Source of the DNA: Yuukianura sp. NJ FZ-2021
Taxonomy: Eukaryota
Assembly: GCA_046563655.1 (NCBI GenBank)
Contig: CM102287.1
Span: forward strand, 5,208,001-5,272,000
Direction: 5' to 3'
DNA: 64,000 nt
Part shown: piece after piece, positions 1-12,636 of the stretch
Layout of the letters: each line of letters opens with the position of its first letter
Numbering within the stretch: the stretch's first letter is position 1
The notes under the pieces: model-generated
The model's input: only the letters and a program-made list of their open reading frames with translations
Database searches by the model: none
What the model was told of the DNA's origin: nothing
Program-made: the position numbers and the translations under genes

Positions 1-3000
1 TCCTTTCTGGCTACGCTCGGTCAAAGGTCAAATTCCTCAGTCGTCCAGCAGATTTTTTGAAAACCCGGCAGTTTTTCTGCTCCAAAAACTTTTTGTTATA
101 GACAGATGCTTCAAAATCACATTTTGAGTGAGAGAGGAGACAAGGTCGTCAGTCGGCCGTGTTAATTGACATCCAGCTTCAATTAACTTTTAAGCAATAT
201 GCAATTAATTCAATTCAAGTTTCACAGTCTTTGATTTCTGCGGAGTACTTAAGCTGAGTATTTTGCGAACTCTTTGAGTCATATTGTGAGTAGAGTTGAA
301 AGTTTTTGAAAGTTTTTTGGTCGCAGTAGACTTCAAGTGTAAATTGGATTTCACTGGTGACAGCGTCCTTGTAATAATTTAGAAAACACTTCCATATTTC
401 CAAAAGCATCGTAACACTCCGTCTTCAGATTGTTGTTCCATCCAAGTTAGTTCTGAAAATTAAAACAAGATTTCAGAATTTCTGAAAAGTGACACTTTCA
501 TTTTCACATTTTTGGCATTTCCAAAATTGTGACAGGATGGTGGTTTGTTTTCTTTTGAAGTTAGGATAATAGGTTAGCCTAATTGTGTTTCCGAGATTCT
601 TGGTGAGTTAATATTTTGGGTTATTGATTCAGTGTGATAAAGTTAAGCTGAGAGACTTTAGGTAAAGCCTTTCAGTTTCAATTAACGTTTAAGTAGTGTT
701 TGTCCCACTTTCACTTCCGAGGATTCCGTTACACAGGGTGCCTCCTTTCCATTATTCCATCCCTTTCAATTAGTTAATCAGAGCATACGTTTCCTTTGGG
801 GTTCACCCTCCCGGAATGGTTTCTAAACCTTAACCTAACCAACATAAGCTAAAATTACTCCAAGAAGCTCATAATCCACACAACAAAGTGACGCGTGCTA
901 TTGCTCAACCTAACTTTTAGCCTTAAAATAACCTAACAATACAAAGCTCCAGCCTCCAAAGTAAAATTTCTTTCAAGCTTTCCAAACATAACATATTCAC
1001 AGTATCTTTTTACACAACTTAGTGAGAGGATTTATAACATTAAGTCGAAGTGCTAGTAAATTTAGAGGTGGAAAAAAAATCGCATCGAAAATATTTTTGA
1101 ATAAACTTTTTAATTTTTCTTCCCAGTTTTCACATGAGTGGATGAGAAAGCCACAGATTTGGTTTCATTTAAGCGTCGTGCTTTCTCTTTGTTATAGTAA
1201 GTCAATCCACTTTTTTGTGACAAAAAAGAAACTTTTTTTTCACTTTGTTTTTCAAAAAGTGGTCAAAGGTGAACCACCAACTTGGGTTGTTACGCACTGA
1301 AACCAAAAATTTGGTTAACTTTTCCGAACTGACAAAAAGGAAGCATATTGTAACTAGTAGTCAAGAACTTCCAAAAAAAGTAGTGTGAACAAGTTCGTTT
1401 TTGATTTGGAAGAGACTTTGGAATTGACAAAAGGGAAGAACCAAGTAGTGGTAACAAAGTAACAGTGGGAAGGAAACGGAACGAAACACTTTAACACTTT
1501 AGACTTTTGAGGATGAGGGAGTAACTTTAGACAAAAAAAGAGAGAGAAAGTTTTACTCTTTTGAAAAGCCCGGGAAAGTTGAAAACAGTTTTCAAAGGAA
1601 GAGCAGCGTCCTTAAGTATTCTTCAAATGCAACTCCTTTACTTCTCCCTCCTGTTCAAAAGTTTCTAAGTTTAAAAAATTCAGGAACATTTGGTAACAGT
1701 AAAAGTAGAAAGGAGGAGACACGGTTGGACAAAATAGAGAAAAGTTTGTACTTTACTTTTTAGTAACCTTTTTAACTGTGATTAAGAACCAAATCTTCAC
1801 TTTTACCTTATCCTCCCTCCAGCCTAACTAGCCTAAAGTTTTTAAACGAACCTAGTTTTTGTCTCATCTCGAAAAAGTTAGGCTTTTCACTTGTTTTCAA
1901 ACTGAATTCAGTTGCCAAGAAATCTTAAGATACTGCTATAGTCTTTGTTATAATGGCTCTTCATTAGTAAAAACCGCTCACAAATGAGGCTGTAGTTACT
2001 CCCGCGGAAATTTCCTACTTTCATTTCCTTTCCGTCCAAACACATGTTGCTCTCTACTTTCACCTGGATTTCACTCTTACATTTGTTTCGAACTTAGTTT
2101 ATTTTTTTGTTTCTATTTTTAAAAATATTTTTCAGTATTTTTATGTATTGTTCACGATAATTCGCTTTCTTTTTTGTTCCAGTTTTTCCTTAGTCTTTTG
2201 GTTCGTTTTATTGTTATTTTGTTTTCACTTGTTTTTCTGTTTCATTCTTGTTTTTGTTTTTGAGTGAAAGTGGAAGTTAAAAAGTTAAGACAGAGGATGT
2301 TTTGTAGCGTTGGAAGTCAATTGAATTACATCCGTTGCTGTCTGAAGATAAAAGTGTTTTGGTATATGGAAGTGGTGAGTGAAAGTAGTAATGGGATTGC
2401 ATGAAACACGAGATCCACCCACCTACCTAAAAAGTCAGTTTGTTCCATTTGGGAGTTCTTACTCGGAATGACACGATGATTGATTGATGAGTCAATTAGC
2501 AACCTTCTACTCAGACTACAAAGAAATTATTACCCTCACACCATATAACTTAACCTTCTCGCGCTCATTAAACAACAATAAACCTATCTCTAATGTTTTC
2601 CAACCTTAACAAACAACAAATTCTGAAATTTTCAAAAAAAAAGTAAGCTTTTAAAACTCTTGCCTTGTCACTTGAAAATGTGAAAGAAGAAGATTGAACA
2701 TTTTTCCGGAATAAGTTCAGGTTTTGTGGTGAATTGAAAAGAAAAGTAAAAAAAAACGGGAGAAAGTGAAACAAACAGGGAGAAAATTTAAAATGTCGAA
2801 CCATTCAAAGTTAGCACATTACCAAGCTGCACAACTTCCCAATTGTTCCTCGAGAGTTTGAAAACTGAAAATTTGATATTGTAACCGACTTGGATTTTTG
2901 GACTTGTTGAGAGTTTAATAACATTGATAGTTCTTTTGGTAAGATATTTTTAACATTTGATTTGTAATTGATTTGCTTTTAGTACTTCCGGAGCGTGAAA

Positions 3001-3509
3001 AGGTCAAATGTCAACTTCTGAAATCAATAACACTTGCCAGTTGGTCTAAACTTCAAATTTCTTTGATTTTTTCAGCCATTCATCTTTTCAACTTCAGGCG
3101 CGTGAGAACATGCAAAGTCTCTTTTTATTTCTTGAGAGAGAAAGTACAGAATGAGAAAACTATTGAGAGAAACTTTTGATATTTTTTATTCACGAAGAAA
3201 TTGAAGTACTTTTACCTTTTCCTTAACCAAAACTTTTCCTTTTAATATTTTGAATCAACGAGAGGAAAAGCACTGGAGCCTATACGGATTATAATCACTT
3301 CCAAAAAATCAGTTTTCTTTCATTTCCACTAAATTTTCCCACCAAATGAATAAAAGTTGACAGGGACAGCAGCACACATGCTACAGAGTACTTTCTTCAA
3401 CTTTCTTTTTGGAACTTCGAATGGAAAAAGTCATCAATGGAATTCAGAAAGTGGCGAGAAAGTGTCACTTCCAACTTCTTCACATGAATCTCCTTGATTG
3501 ATTCTCCAC

Positions 3510-3663
3510 TTCAACTTTGACCTAGCACGCAACCAGCAAGAAGGATGCTACTCGCAAAGCAACTCGAGGGGTCAAAGGTCATGCGCAGTGTGATTCACGC
3601 GAACTATTCAGAAGTCAAAAGTCATTCTCGGAATAATTCAGAAACTGTTGAGGTCAAAGGTCA
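3510..3663. promoter_or_regulatory. Cluster of nuclear-receptor DR1-type sites
   Basis: GGGTCA-A-AGGTCA (3569-3581), AAGTCA-A-AAGTCA (3612-3624), perfect AGGTCA-A-AGGTCA (3651-3663) and a TGACCT half-site near 3518, all within ~150 bp. Confidence 0.35.
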
Positions 3664-4777
3664 TACGACAATTACCCCTTGGAGGGCTTTCCACACTTCA
3701 AATGCTTTAAATTTGTTATATTTTCTTTTACTTTCACTATGCACAGCATGTTCCATTTGAAACTTCAAGCTTGTGGAGTTTTTAATTGGTTAAAATTGTG
3801 CGTGAGCCAGAAAATTCGTTGACTCTGTAGACGTCGCGGTTGGAATTTTACAGAAGGAAGCTGCAGATCGATGATCTTCCTCTGGAAACTGTAGCTGTAA
3901 GCAGATGCCTCAGCTGTTTTGTGGAAATTTTTAACGTTTTCTCTGGTTCACTCCAAAACGTAGAACAAAATTTGAACAAAATTTTGAAACTCAAATGGAC
4001 CTACTTACAAGAGCTCACTCAATCAAAATCAAGCATAAACTCAATGGCAGCTTACCGGAATTTTTAGATTTACAGCCGAATACTTAATTTTTTCCGCTAA
4101 TACGCATATCGCAAATCGATTGGTTAGTTCGGTACTATAATTGGATGATTGTATTGTTACGCGGCAGATTCCGCTTACATAACATAACATAATCATTTCA
4201 GTTCGCCTTACATAGCATAATCACGGAGTCTAACATGGTCCCTAACTAGCCAAACCTATTTGCAGTTTAACCTAATCAAAGGAGCCAAACGAGCAAGAAG
4301 TGCATTTGTGGAAGTTTTGTCACCTCAGAAGACATGACAATATTCATTGGAGTGTCAAACGACATTGGTGACCCAATTTCGGGTGGAATTGGGGCGTAGG
4401 GTGATGTGTTAGTTTATGTATTGACAGTATTAGTTGGTAGTCGGTGGTCCATGGCTAAGAAGAGGCCATTGCAGAAAGTAATCCGGTGGAAGATGGGAGT
4501 TTGGCAGAAAGGTCATAAAAGTTCATGTTAGGTTGTAGTAGTAGAGTAGGCGGATGGAATTGGGAAGCAGAAGGAGCTTTCTCCTTGTTTTCTCCCACCT
4601 AACCTCACCAACACTCAGCGTCATAAACTATGGTTTAGGAAGATTGAAATTAAATATTTCATGAGGATACAGCAGTCCCACCCACAGCAACACTCGTCTT
4701 GTCTCATTCATACCAACAGAAATCAAGGACCACTATCGTCCAATTCCAGACCATTTTGGCACGGAAAGTATTGCGCG

Positions 4778-4794
4778 AGGATGTCCATATAAGG
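4778..4794 (+). promoter_or_regulatory. CArG box (SRF site) with adjacent GGA(T) ETS-like core
   Basis: AGGATGT-CCATATAAGG; CC(A/T)6GG consensus at 4785-4794. Confidence 0.35.
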
Positions 4795-6589
4795 CGTTGT
4801 TCATTCACGGAACTATGTCTTAAGTCGTATTGTTTATGTAAGAAAATGTAAAAAGAGATAATTCGCTCCTAAAATGTTTGTCGGTCCAGGTTATGTCCAG
4901 GCACAGAGTCATTTTGGTACGGCAGTATCCGTGCAGGAGTGACGCTTGACGATATACCGCCTGCTTTCACTCCCTGATTTGTCCGATTGTCCGAGTTTTG
5001 TTCCAATAGAACAGTACAAGTATAAGTTTCTAATCAAAAGTTATGGGTCAGTCCAAAACTTCAACTGCTCACAACAAAAGAATCCAATCGAAAAAAGTTT
5101 CGGAAACTGCGGAATTTGGGTCACATCGTTCCGAAAAATTTACCCTAGTTGTTTGTCGCTTGTGTGCGAATTTCATTCAAAATCACTTTTTATATAAACA
5201 ATAAGTTTATGTAACTTTGTAAAGCTGAATAACCCGTTTTGTCTTCCACAATTCTTAACTTATCCTAAAATAAAATAGAATCCACCTAAAGTTTGAAAAT
5301 TAATTATTGTATAAGGGTTACAACTTAAATATTACAGTTTTGTGGAATTTTTTGATAAACGAAGATTTTAGCAACAAATTTTGGAAAATAGTCAAAATTT
5401 AAAACACAACAATCGAGGAACGAATAAATTTAGTTCTAGCAAAATACAATTTTCAAGCTAGTGCTGCATAACATAGATACATTATAAACTCAACTCTTGT
5501 TAAACTGTAATAAAATTTCATTTTCAAATTCAAACCTTTTTCCAAAGAAGTGTTATTTATGAAGACAAATTTTAAAATTTCGTTGTAATTTTACAACTTT
5601 GAAGTTCCACGTCGTCTAAAAAGTCAACATTTTCCTGGCAGGAAAATCGACAGAAAAATTCTGATTTTTGTTCAAACGGAGTGAAAATCTCGCTAGGAAT
5701 TTGTCAACAAAGGGTGAACAAAAGGAACGAAAATGGGAACTGTCGTACCCACGAGATTCTAGAAGAAAGGAAGCCCTACGTAGTCTTTCGTTCTGTCTAG
5801 GAATTTTGTATCGATTGAATTGACTTACTAGAACAACAGTTGAGCAACCTCCGCCTTCAGCCTCTTTTCCACCATCACCACTTTCCACCAGCATCGAATC
5901 TTCTGTCCGTCATTTGAACACTCCAATTTTCAAAAACTTTCATCCAATTCCCAAAAAAGCTCCAAAATCCTGAATTTCCAAAACCTTGAAGCTCCAAAAA
6001 ACAAAACTTTCACTTCCTCTGGAATGCTGTGTAACACACCATTTTGGTTGAACCGTGTTGTAGGAACCACACCTTGGAGAAACAAATTGAGCCTTCAAAA
6101 TCTTTTTCAAAAAACTTCTAGCAAAAATGACTCTGTAGGAGCACAAACTGAACTTAGTTGCTTCGAAGGTCAAAGGTTATCCAGAGATTTTTCGAAAAAA
6201 GCAAAACGATGAATGAAATGCCAGCTTAAACTGGATTTCGCAGCAATTTAGGGTGAACTTTGACCCCTAAACTTTCACTTAACTTTTGGAATTGTCGAAT
6301 TGTGGCTGAGGGAGGTCAGAAATGGGTCAAAGGGAGCCATGGAACAGGGTTTAGTGAGGGCAGTGTAGTTAGGGTATCGTATCTTCTTCTTTTTGGGTGT
6401 CCAAGACCAGGACCACCGTGGGTGAAAGTGGAATGAAGATTGGTAGTGGTGTGGATCTCCCACTGAAGACGACCAGAAGATCTATACGGAGTCTGTGGAG
6501 GGGGCATAGTATTCGGGGGTTCCAAAAAACCTACTTTCTCCAAGCTAGGTTTTGGCAGAGGAACCTTATTGCTCTGCACAATGCCCGAG

Positions 6590-6900
6590 TCAAGCACGGT
6601 GGGTTTCACGGGAGTGAGGGCCTGTCGGCTGCACGGCAGCGGCCGCGGGGCCGTCGCGGCGGTGGGAACAGTTACTCGATCTCTGGTCCAGGAAGAGGCG
6701 CAGTTGCTATGACGACGGCGCGGCGGTGACGACGGACCCAGTCTGGACCGAACACCTTAAGGTCTAGGTACTGCCTAGACTTTCTCCAAGGAGAAAGTAA
6801 AAAATTGGGCTGCTCAGCGCCAGATCAGTCTCAGTTTGCACAGCCTCCGTTCGACTCGTTTCCCGGAGCAACGCAGTCTCCAATTTCCGAATTCGGACCG
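6590..6900. promoter_or_regulatory. GC/CpG-rich promoter-like patch
   Basis: Locally very GC-rich (gcacggcagcggccgcggggccgtcgcggcggtggg), repeated TGACG half-CRE motifs (~6710, ~6727) and tandem TCAGT initiator-like motifs at ~6826-6836. Confidence 0.3.
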
Positions 6901-9900
6901 AACTTTCTCTTTTTGGCAGAAGCTACCCGCTTTTGAATCTTCCCGTTTTCCGGTTAAACCAAACGGAGAAACATCCAAGAGCCGCTCTGTGCTCTACAAT
7001 CTCCTGCTAAGCTCTCACCCATCGCAGATCCTCTCCCGTGCCTCCTTCCTTTCCCACCGAAAACCCAGCATCCCAAACCTTAAATCCGCGGATCTCCTGT
7101 AACAAACCCACAGAAAGCAGCGGTCCCTTAAGGTTTTTAGGCTCTCTGTGTCCTACAGACCTAACCTAAAAAGAAACCTAACATTCATTTCCCCCTGCTC
7201 ACTCTTCGCCTTAATACTACTACTACTAACTCGCCTACTTCCGGTTTATGATCTCTTCTCAAACACACCGGGCCTCAACACCCCCCAAATCTCCGAGCGG
7301 AAATGAACCAAAGGGAAAAGCCATACTAAACCTCTGCACAAAAACACACTGCAAAAGGAAAGTTAGCTTAGGTTAGGCTCAGAAACGGAAAGAAAGAAAG
7401 TGGTAATGAAGAAAACCGAGAGAAAACACCAGCAGGAAGCTCCTTTTGCTCTTTTCTTTGAAGGGCCTTATGGATTCCGATATGGGCCATCAAACCCAAA
7501 TCCAATTCGCATTTTCATTTTGAACTTTTCAAAAACTTTGAAAAAGAAAGCTTAGACGAGATAAACAGAGAGTGAAATATTTCGGATTTCCGAAGATTTC
7601 CCAGTGACCTTTTGACGTTTGACCTCACGATCATTTAAGCAATTTTTACACTTTTTCCAACAAAAATTAAAAAAAAAGTGTAATTTTCCTTTTATTTTTT
7701 CCTTTTCGACTTTCTCCAGTTTCTCCAAAAATTTAAACCAAAACAAAGTGTTATGTTTGTCATATTTTCATACTTTGCGTTTAGTTGTTGCTTTCACCCT
7801 AGTTTTGATTTTTTTTTGGAAACACGGTGTATTTTTTAGTCTATTTTTGGTTAACCTATGCTTTCTCCCTTTCCACAAAATGTTCCTGACGCCTCTAAAT
7901 GGGCGTCATGAAAGGTGAGCAATATCCGTTCCTTCCTGTCCGGATCAATGAGACTGGAATTTATCCAAGCTAGGTTAACCTAACATATCCAAGTTCTATG
8001 CTCGTGCTGTTTCTCTGAGTAATCAACATTGAGGGAATGAGGCACGAAACTGGAGAAAGCATTGGTCGATTCCTAGGGGAAAACTTCTTTTTTTTTCTTT
8101 TGAGTAAAAGTGTTATGAGAAGGCCGACACATGGGTGTATAGTCCTGTGCGTGTCTAAACAACTTTTGTCCAAGAAACTAAAATGTTATTAGAAAGAACC
8201 TTCTCGCCCTGTTCCCTGTCACTTTTTTCTTTGAAATGAACCACAAGGTCCCTCACAGTACTTGTTGATTGGCAATAACTCAATTCACTACACTGTTTCC
8301 GCTTGGCCCTGCCCTTTGACATCAAAAGAAAGCTCTAATGACTCTATTCTAAACATATAAACAAAGAGACAAGCAGATTAACAAGCGGTTGTGTTTTCAA
8401 ATAAAAAATCAGTTCAAAATTTTTTGTTTTAAAAAACGATGACCAACATTTCGGACTGACCACGCAGATAACGCTAAGCCACACCAAAATAACATTAGGC
8501 GACATTGAAATAAGTTAGGTAGCATCCGGGTAACGTTTGGTAACATTTAATGTAAAGCGGAAGAGTGTTTTTAAGTAAATTTGAAAGAAGCTGAAGGAAA
8601 GTGAGATGATTTGATTATGAAGTGGCTGTCTAAGGCTCTTGCCATGTCGATATCCAAAGTAGGAATGAGTGATTGAAGTCTGTCTGAGTCTGGGACAGCA
8701 TCACTTCTCTTCTGCTCTGTTCTAAAGTGAAAGTTTCAAAATTTGAATCTCCCTCTCTAGCTTCGATTGTACTACTTTTTGGGATGCTGGAGATGATGAT
8801 GGACCAAACGTAAAGTTTTACAACTAAGCACACGAGGCCTACTGCTCCCCTTCTTTTCAGAGAGAGAGCCTCAAGGGCTCCAGAAAGATTCCATCGATTT
8901 TCACGTCCATCGATCCACCCCTCACTTTCTCCATTTAGGAGACTCACGACCGTTTTGGTCCAGCAGCGATCTTCTGGAGGGGCTTCCAGGAAGTAGACGC
9001 AACCAAAATGGAAGTGCCACGAGGAACTGCCGGCTTTGGGAACACCCAGTAACACGATACTTCTTAAAGGAAACTTAGGAACTGGATCCTACATCAACAG
9101 AACGCTTTATGTCGCACACTACATCCAATACAGCTTCAGTCGCGGAAAAAAACTTATTCAGGTTGAGTTAGAATATGTGCGTCATGTGTAACTGCATGAT
9201 TCATAAGTGTCGGTTCGTAAGTGGCCGTACAGAAGAGTCCGGAAAAGGAACGACACTTTCCTTTTGCAGAGAAAGTGCAGTGTACGGATGTGTGAATTTT
9301 GCAATTTAACGACACGGCAACTACAGCCCTTTTCCTTGTTCCACCTACACGCTTTCCATCTGTTTTATACGAGTTCTTAGCACCTCATAAATTATTCCAA
9401 ATTTGTAACAAATTTTTGTAGAATAGTTTCAGATAAAAGAAAAGTTACACTTTCTATGCAAGCATAAAGTCGAAAAATAACAATTGCGACCAAATGTTAA
9501 AACATGGACCATAGGAAGTCCAAATTTTAAACAAATGTGAATTTTGATGAACTTAGGACATCGATCCTACAAATTTAAGTTTTCCTTAACTTTCTTCATG
9601 CAATTCAATCAACCGAACGAAACTAATAGTGAAAGTATGCTGAATTTATCAACGCGGTGCAGAAAGTATGGAATGGCATCTATGCTACTCAGAGGCAACT
9701 GAAGTGCTACGAAAGTTTTCTCTAGTTTCCAATTTTTGGAAAACTACCCGAAAGAGAGCACTGCTGCGGCAGAGGGTTTTGGAAAGCCACTTTCTTACGA
9801 AACGAAATATTTTTGCGAAGAATTCCCATTGGAATTCCGAATTTCGAAAAAGAAATCAGCAGAAGAAGCCAGTTAGGATTTTGTTTAAACATTTTTTAAG

Positions 9901-10456
9901 CAAATTAAAAAACTATTTTTTTAAAACTTTTTTTCTCTAAAAATTAGAAGTTATTTATAACAGTTGTCAGTTGCGTCTGTAATAGAGAGAATTTAACTAA
10001 AAGAGAAGATGTAATTTCAGAACTACTTAAACTGAATTTTACGAAGATTTTGGTGTCAGATTTACTAAAAATTATGGTAGGTGTTAAAAAGAAGAGTTAA
10101 ATTTAGGATTTGCCATGAACTTATTGTTAGCGCTTATGTAATCGCATGCACCATTGTAATTTGTTGTTGAAAAACATGTTCTTTTCTTTCAAAATGCAAA
10201 CGAAAATGCAATAAAAGTGGATTGTGTGGGCTGAATCAATTCAAAGAAAAAATCGTGAAGAGAAACTCCACTGTCACTTCCGCTAAATGTTTTTGTTAAA
10301 TTCAATTAAAGTTTTAAATTTTGTGAATTTGAATTCGAGAGTTGAAATCCAAAATTTCTTGCTCCTTTTTTCTGTTTTTGAGAACTTGATTACTACTAAA
10401 TTATTACGGCAAAGGAAAAATTGTTACCACCGATTTTGTCATCGATCACCTTCACC

Positions 10457-10876
10457 ATGGCCAGCAATGCAAATATTCCTTTGACAAGCAGCTTTGGTAA
10501 GGCAAGTTACAACTTACATATTACATAAAAATACGAATTTTAAGAAAATATCAAAATTCATTCAACTTTTTTGAAACTACGCTTTTCAGTAATCCAACAA
10601 CAATGTGTGCTGCAGCAGCTCGTTGTGACAAGTTTTTTGATTCAAAATCAATGCGTACAGTGCTACTGCTTTGCAGTCAACACTTCTATTTGCTCCGTAC
10701 TACCGAACTTCAACCTATGTTCAGGTGGGACAATTGGGGTGGTCACTCCAACGCCAATCGGACCCACCGCTGTCCCACCGAATCCGATTCCTATACCCAC
10801 GGCACCCACCATTGCCCCACCACTAGGAACAGTCGTTGCTCCAATTCCAATTGCAGCCACATTTTTACCTAATTGA
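10457..10876 (+). CDS. Small Cys-rich, Pro/Thr-rich orphan protein (~108 aa, 5' end uncertain)
   Basis: Exons 10457-10496 (G|gtaagg) and 10590-10876 (ttttcag|) join in frame. Six Cys spaced C-x15-C-x2-C-x-C-x7-C-x8-C, then a P/T/I-rich tail; AATAAA at ~10977. Confidence 0.5.
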
Positions 10877-11116
10877 CATTCAACTTTTTTAGTTGAAATC
10901 TCCAACAATTGTAATTTAAGATCACAATTCAATTTTAAAGAAAAAAAATGTTTTACTTTTTTGTTGAAAATTTCAAATAAAACCCAACAAGTGTTTTCTC
11001 CATGTCCAATTTTTTGTGCAATTAACTTTTGTAAGGGTAACAACAGGAGTCCTGTGTCACTTAACAATAGAGAAGCACAAAAAACTAAAATAACACACAA
11101 AAAATTTGGGTTAAGG

Positions 11117-11323
11117 GATCGTTGTCCTAAAAAACCGTGTTCCACCCTTTCCCCGTGTCCCTGTTTTTTCTAAAAACGTGTTTTTTAGACAGGGTGACAA
11201 AAAATAGGGGTGGGCCCTTACATAACTGGTTCGTTTCGCTTTTTAGAAGTGGTGGTTCATAGGCACTTAACCCCTTCCCCTCATAAAGACTAAAAAAGGG
11301 GTTTCAGTTTTTTAGAACAACTC
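11117..11323. mobile_element. Possible degenerate MITE
   Basis: Imperfect inverted ends GTTGTCCTAAAAAAC (~11121) and GTTTTTTAGAACAAC (~11307); TSD not clear. Confidence 0.25.
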
Positions 11324-12636
11324 AATTGTGTGAGTTATTGAATTTTTCGGGGCTTCAAATTTAGAGAACCACTGAACCACGCCCACAAAACACGCAATTC
11401 ATTTCCCTCTGCTGACGCTTTCTCCACTCCCACTTTTCAAAATTTCAAAAAAATTCAAGTCTTAATTAGATTTTAAAGCTATTTACTTCAAATTACTGAA
11501 AAACCTCACACCTAACCTTACCCTATTCTGCGTTACATAATCTGATTTTAACAAAAATCATAATAGAGCAAACAATCAAACAAGTTTTCATCTGAGAACA
11601 TCAAAATTTCAACTGAAATTTCATAATTCCATATAATTCTCATCAAAATTTAAAAATTTTGTCAAGATCTGTGAATCCTAAAACTGACAAACTCTGATTC
11701 TATTTTCAGTCTGACGGATTCTGAACATGAAGTTCAAAATTTAGTTACAAAAACAAGCAGACGGTGGCTTTTATGACTCACCACCACCGCAATTTCGAAA
11801 TTTTTATTGAAATCTGCTTTTGAGGGTTTTCCAACCCCGCAGAGGGTTCTCGGAAATTGTAAAACCGAAAAACCTTTTCTTGTTCGAAATGTTCAAAATC
11901 TCGTTTTCTAGAAAACGAGCGCAGAGGAAGCTTTTTTCCCAAAGCCCCTCAAAAGTTTTCGGCTACTTTTTTCATTTGAAATCATATCAGTATCCCTCTA
12001 GTCTATCTCGAAACCTTCCAGGAACTGGATCATATCCACCCAGAGTCTGTTAGAACTAGCCTCTGTTCTGAACAGACTCCGAACAACTCTAAAACTCAAA
12101 CCCAAAAAATCTCTATGTGAAAATTTATTTCTCGACATCCTTGTAATATTGAAGGAGTCAGCGGAAGGGAGGAGGAGGAGAGAAGCTCTTTTTCAAAAAC
12201 TTGTCAAAATTTGAGGAGAATAGAAGTTTTGTTCAACTTCTTCCTTGAAAGAAGTGAAGAAAAGACGAGAGGCTGAGGGTCCTTTGGTTCAAAAACTTCC
12301 AAGTCAAGATTTTGTTTGTCGGTGGTATGCTTACAGTTGGAGGGAGTTCAACTACGCATATTCAATACAAAAACTAGAACTGAGTAGGACACATTTCCAG
12401 CTTTTTCGAAAAAGTAAACCTAAATCTACGTCTGCCTCAGCCCGCACTTTCTATTGTCTCCGTAAAAGACTTTCACCTGTGCAAAAAAAATTCTGTTCAA
12501 ATTTTTAGCACTCTGGTGACACCATCAAAATTTAACTCACCGTTTTGATCTTTAATTGCACTTGTGAACAGAACTTAGAACACGAAAATTTTAAAGTTTG
12601 GAATTTTGAAATTTTGAAAACTAAAAATTTTCCAAC

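Noticed and set aside
6275..7102. Several overlapping ORFs on both strands
   Set aside because: No recognisable domains or consistent splice structure; explained by local GC richness.
8630..9055. 141-aa minus ORF and possible plus-strand exons at 8761-8809 and from 8861
   Set aside because: No frame gives a recognisable protein or a supported start; may be non-coding exons.
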